Below are positions 61,300 through 64,000 of a DNA stretch of 64,000 bases, in pieces. Every line of letters begins with the position of its first letter. Position 1 is the first letter of the stretch. The notes under the pieces were generated by a model, which did no database searches, was not told the origin of the DNA, and saw nothing but the letters and a program-made list of their open reading frames with translations. The stretch lies in the NCBI RefSeq assembly GCF_009914755.1, contig NC_060932.1; one strand, given 5' to 3'. The DNA comes from the human T2T-CHM13v2.0 reference genome, Homo sapiens. Position numbers and translations under genes: made by a program.

Positions 61300-61990
61300 T
61301 CTGGAGAGTTCTCTTTCTCACCAAGGGCTACAATTGCAATCTTCCAGAGTTCCTGATCTATACAACCGATTGAGATGTTTCACCTGAATTCTATGGTGCA
61401 TTCGAAACTGCTTATTGCTCATCATTACAGACATTTAAATTATAGCTATGAAGAGCAGAGCTTGTTATTTTTCCTTCAAACAAATATTTTATTAATGAAA
61501 GGAGGCACCACCACTCATGTAGTTGCTTCTTTTCTTACTGGGAATCATCCAAATGCCTCCCTCTTCATAAGCAGCTCCCATACCCAATGACTGCATCTTC
61601 TGAATTCTACCTTCTTAACTGAATCCATTCCTTGGTCTTCATCCCTACAGTCCAACCATCCTTAGGCCATCATCATTTACCCAGTTTACTGCAACATCAT
61701 CCTATTTGGTTTGCCTGACTTTACACAGATACAAATAAAGGTGGGGTTATTTGTGTCATGTCACTCTGCTGATTAAAACAGGAGGAATGGCTCTCCTCTT
61801 CCTTACAATTAAAACAATTTATGCTCATGGCCTGGTTCCAGTTGCCTCCTCTAGCCTCATCTCTTTGTTCTTCTTGCCCAGCATTTTCTGCGACAGCCTC
61901 ACTGGACCTTTTCCAGCTCCTGCAGTAGCTCATTCACTATCCTGCTTCAGAGACTTCGTCTTACCATTTTCTTTCCCTGAGACATTTCTC
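61300..61990 (+). mobile_element. L2 fragment
   Basis: ggcaccaccactcat, attctaccttcttaa, ttactgcaacatcatcctatttggtttgcctg. Confidence 0.65.
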
Positions 61991-61994
61991 TCTC

Positions 61995-62447
61995 TACTGT
62001 ACCTTTTTGCTTTACTCAGGTATTCAAAGGATTGGATGAGGCCCACCACAATAGGGAGTGCAATTTCCTTTACTCAATCTACTGATTCAAATGTTCATTT
62101 CATCTAAATACTCTCCCACAGGCACACATCACATAAACATATGTGATATGCATGTATATATACATATATATACACATACATATATGCATAAAAAAGAGAT
62201 TTATTATACAGAATTTGCTTACATAATTAAGGAGGCTGAAAAATCTGTAGCAGGCAAGCTAGTAATCCAGAGATTTGATGGCATAGTTTCAGTCTGATCC
62301 CAAAGGCCTGAAGCAAGACAGCTGACGGTGTAAGTTCCAATCCAAGTATGAAGGAAGAAGAAATCTGATGTCCCAACTAGAGACAGTCAGCTACAGAGAG
62401 TGAATTCTTCCTTACTCTACCTTTTTTCTCTATTGAGGCCTTCAAAG
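61995..62447 (-). mobile_element. MLT2 (ERVL LTR) sequences, two segments, the second interrupted by HERV9
   Basis: gattggatgaggcccac..tttactcaatctactgattcaaatg and aagagatttattat..ggaggctga..aaggcctga..gatgtccca. Confidence 0.85.
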
Positions 62448-63372
62448 TGTGTCCAGAGTTGGTTCCTTCCGGTGGGTTCTTGGTCTCGCTGACTTCAAGA
62501 ATGAAGTCGCGGACCTTCGTGGTGAATGTTACAGCTCTTAAAGATGGTGTGTCTGGAGTTTGTTCCTTCAGATGTGTCCGGAGTTTCTTCCTTCCAGTGG
62601 ATTTGTGGTCTCGCTGACTTCAAGAATGAAGCTGCAGACCTTCACGGCAAGTGTTACAGCTCTTAAAGGTGGTGTGGGACCCAAAGAGTAAGCAGCAGCA
62701 AGATTTATTGTGAAGTGTGAAAGAACAAAGCTTCCACAGTGTGGAAGGGGACCTGAGTGGGTTGCCACTGCTGGCTGGGGTGGCCAGCTTTTATTCCCTT
62801 ATCTGTCCCCACCCATGTCCTGCTGATTGGTTCATTTTACAGGTGCTGATTGGTGCATTTACAATCCTTTAGCTAGACACAGAGTGCTGATTGGTGCATT
62901 TACAATCCTTTAGCTAGACACAGAGCGCTGATTGGTGCGTTTTTACAGAATGCTGATTGGTGTATTTACAATCCTTTAGCTAGACACAGAGCGCTGATTG
63001 GTGCGTTTTTACAGAATGCTGATTGGTGTATTTACAATCCTTTAGCTAGACACAGAGCGCTGATTGGTGCGTTTTTACAGAGTACTGATTGGTGCATTTA
63101 CAATCCTTTAGCTAGACACAGAGCGCTGATTGGTGCATTTTTACAGAGTCCTGATTGGTGCATTTACAATCCTTTAGCTAGACCCAGAGCACTGATTGGT
63201 GCATTTTTACAGAATGCTGATTGGTGCATTTACAATCCTTTAGCTAGACACAGGGCACTTATTGGTGCATTTTTACAGAGTGCTGACTGGTGTGTTTACA
63301 ATCCTCTAGCTAGACAGAAAAGTTCTCCAAGTCGCCACTTGACACAGGAAGTCCAGCTGGCTTCACCTCTCA
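62448..63372 (-). mobile_element. HERV9/ERV9 3' LTR (LTR12 type), complete, 925 bp
   Basis: Minus strand reads TGAGAGGTGAAGCCAGCTGG...AACTCTGGACACA with TG...CA termini; preceded by a polypurine tract; duplicated U5 repeat. Confidence 0.95.
62782..63310 (-). promoter_or_regulatory. LTR12 U3 enhancer/promoter: tandem CCAAT (NF-Y) array and AATAAAA TATA-like box; poly(A) signal at 62704-62709
   Basis: 14 intact ATTGG boxes at mostly alternating 41/25-bp spacing; ggccagcttttattccc at about 62782-62798. Confidence 0.8.
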
Positions 63373-63385
63373 ATCCCCCCTCTAA
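63373..63385 (-). other. Retroviral polypurine tract
   Basis: Minus strand AGAGGGGGGAT immediately before the TG of the LTR. Confidence 0.9.
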
Positions 63386-63428
63386 ACAGGACACCCCAAC
63401 TGCTGTTGGGAATTGGGTGATGACCACT

Positions 63429-64000
63429 CTAGCTACTTCCTGCTGGATAAGGGTGAAGAAGGGGCCCTGCAGTTGTAGTGTCCTTCAGAGGGGAACTCTC
63501 TAGGCCAGCCAAAGCGTCAGCGGGTCAGTCCAGGGGTCCTCAGTAGAAGTTGTTAGTTGAGCTCATTTGGGGTTCTGTTTGTAAGACCATCTGTAGCTTG
63601 ATGGCCTCGATCCTGGAGGAAACAAATTTGACAAGGAGGTTAAAAATACAGGGCCCGAAGGCAAGTAATAGCAATATGGCTGTCACGGGACCTAGAAAGG
63701 GGAGAAGCCATGTCGCCCAACTCCAGAGGTTGGTATAAGAGTTTGAAAGGCATTGTCTGATTTCAGAAAACTTTTCCTGTAAATGCTGGGCAACATCTCC
63801 TACTATCCCTGACTGGTTAGTGTAAAAACAACACTCTTCCCCTAAGAAGGTGCAGAGTCCTCCTTTCTCAGCTGTGAGGAGGTCTAGGCCTCAGCAATTT
63901 TGGAAAGTCACTGCTGTCAAAGAGTCTATTTGAGATTGTAGAGTAAGGATAGATTCTGTTATTTCTTGCAAATTGAGAAACCCTTTGAGAGTTTGTGGTA
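63429..64000 (-). pseudogene. env: HERV9 env, transmembrane subunit, defective; continues beyond the window
   Basis: Manual translation [46 protein letters not shown]...WLLPFLGPVTAILLLLAFGPCIFNLLVKFVSSRIEAIKLQMVLQ shows the immunosuppressive domain, CX6CC and membrane anchor; three TGA stops and an apparent frameshift near 63972. Confidence 0.93.

Noticed and set aside
62826-63310. Regularly spaced repeats superficially resembling a CRISPR array
   Set aside because: The spacers are themselves repeated; this is the LTR12 U3 tandem repeat in a primate genome

Overview
Primate, very probably human, AT-rich, repeat-dense non-coding DNA, either a large intron or intergenic. I recognised no cellular protein-coding exon. 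The supplied ORF track consists of Alu, L1 and low-complexity translations. The window holds about 13 full-length Alus (J, S and Y types) plus two Alu monomers. It also holds L1 fragments of several ages, L2/MIR relics, MaLR and ERV LTRs (THE1B, THE1D, MLT1, MLT2, MER31), DNA-transposon MITEs (MER30, MER82, MER94-like, MADE1) and microsatellites. The right end contains the complete 3' LTR (LTR12 type, with a 66-bp-period array of 14 CCAAT boxes), the polypurine tract and the decayed env TM region of a minus-strand HERV9 provirus inserted into an MLT2 LTR. Several isolated plus-strand splice signals suggest, without proving, a plus-strand host transcript with non-coding exons or recursive-splice-like sites. 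Repeat subfamily names come from my recollection of consensus sequences and boundaries are approximate. I see no convincing evidence of a new biological system, so the findings are structural oddities and testable hypotheses.
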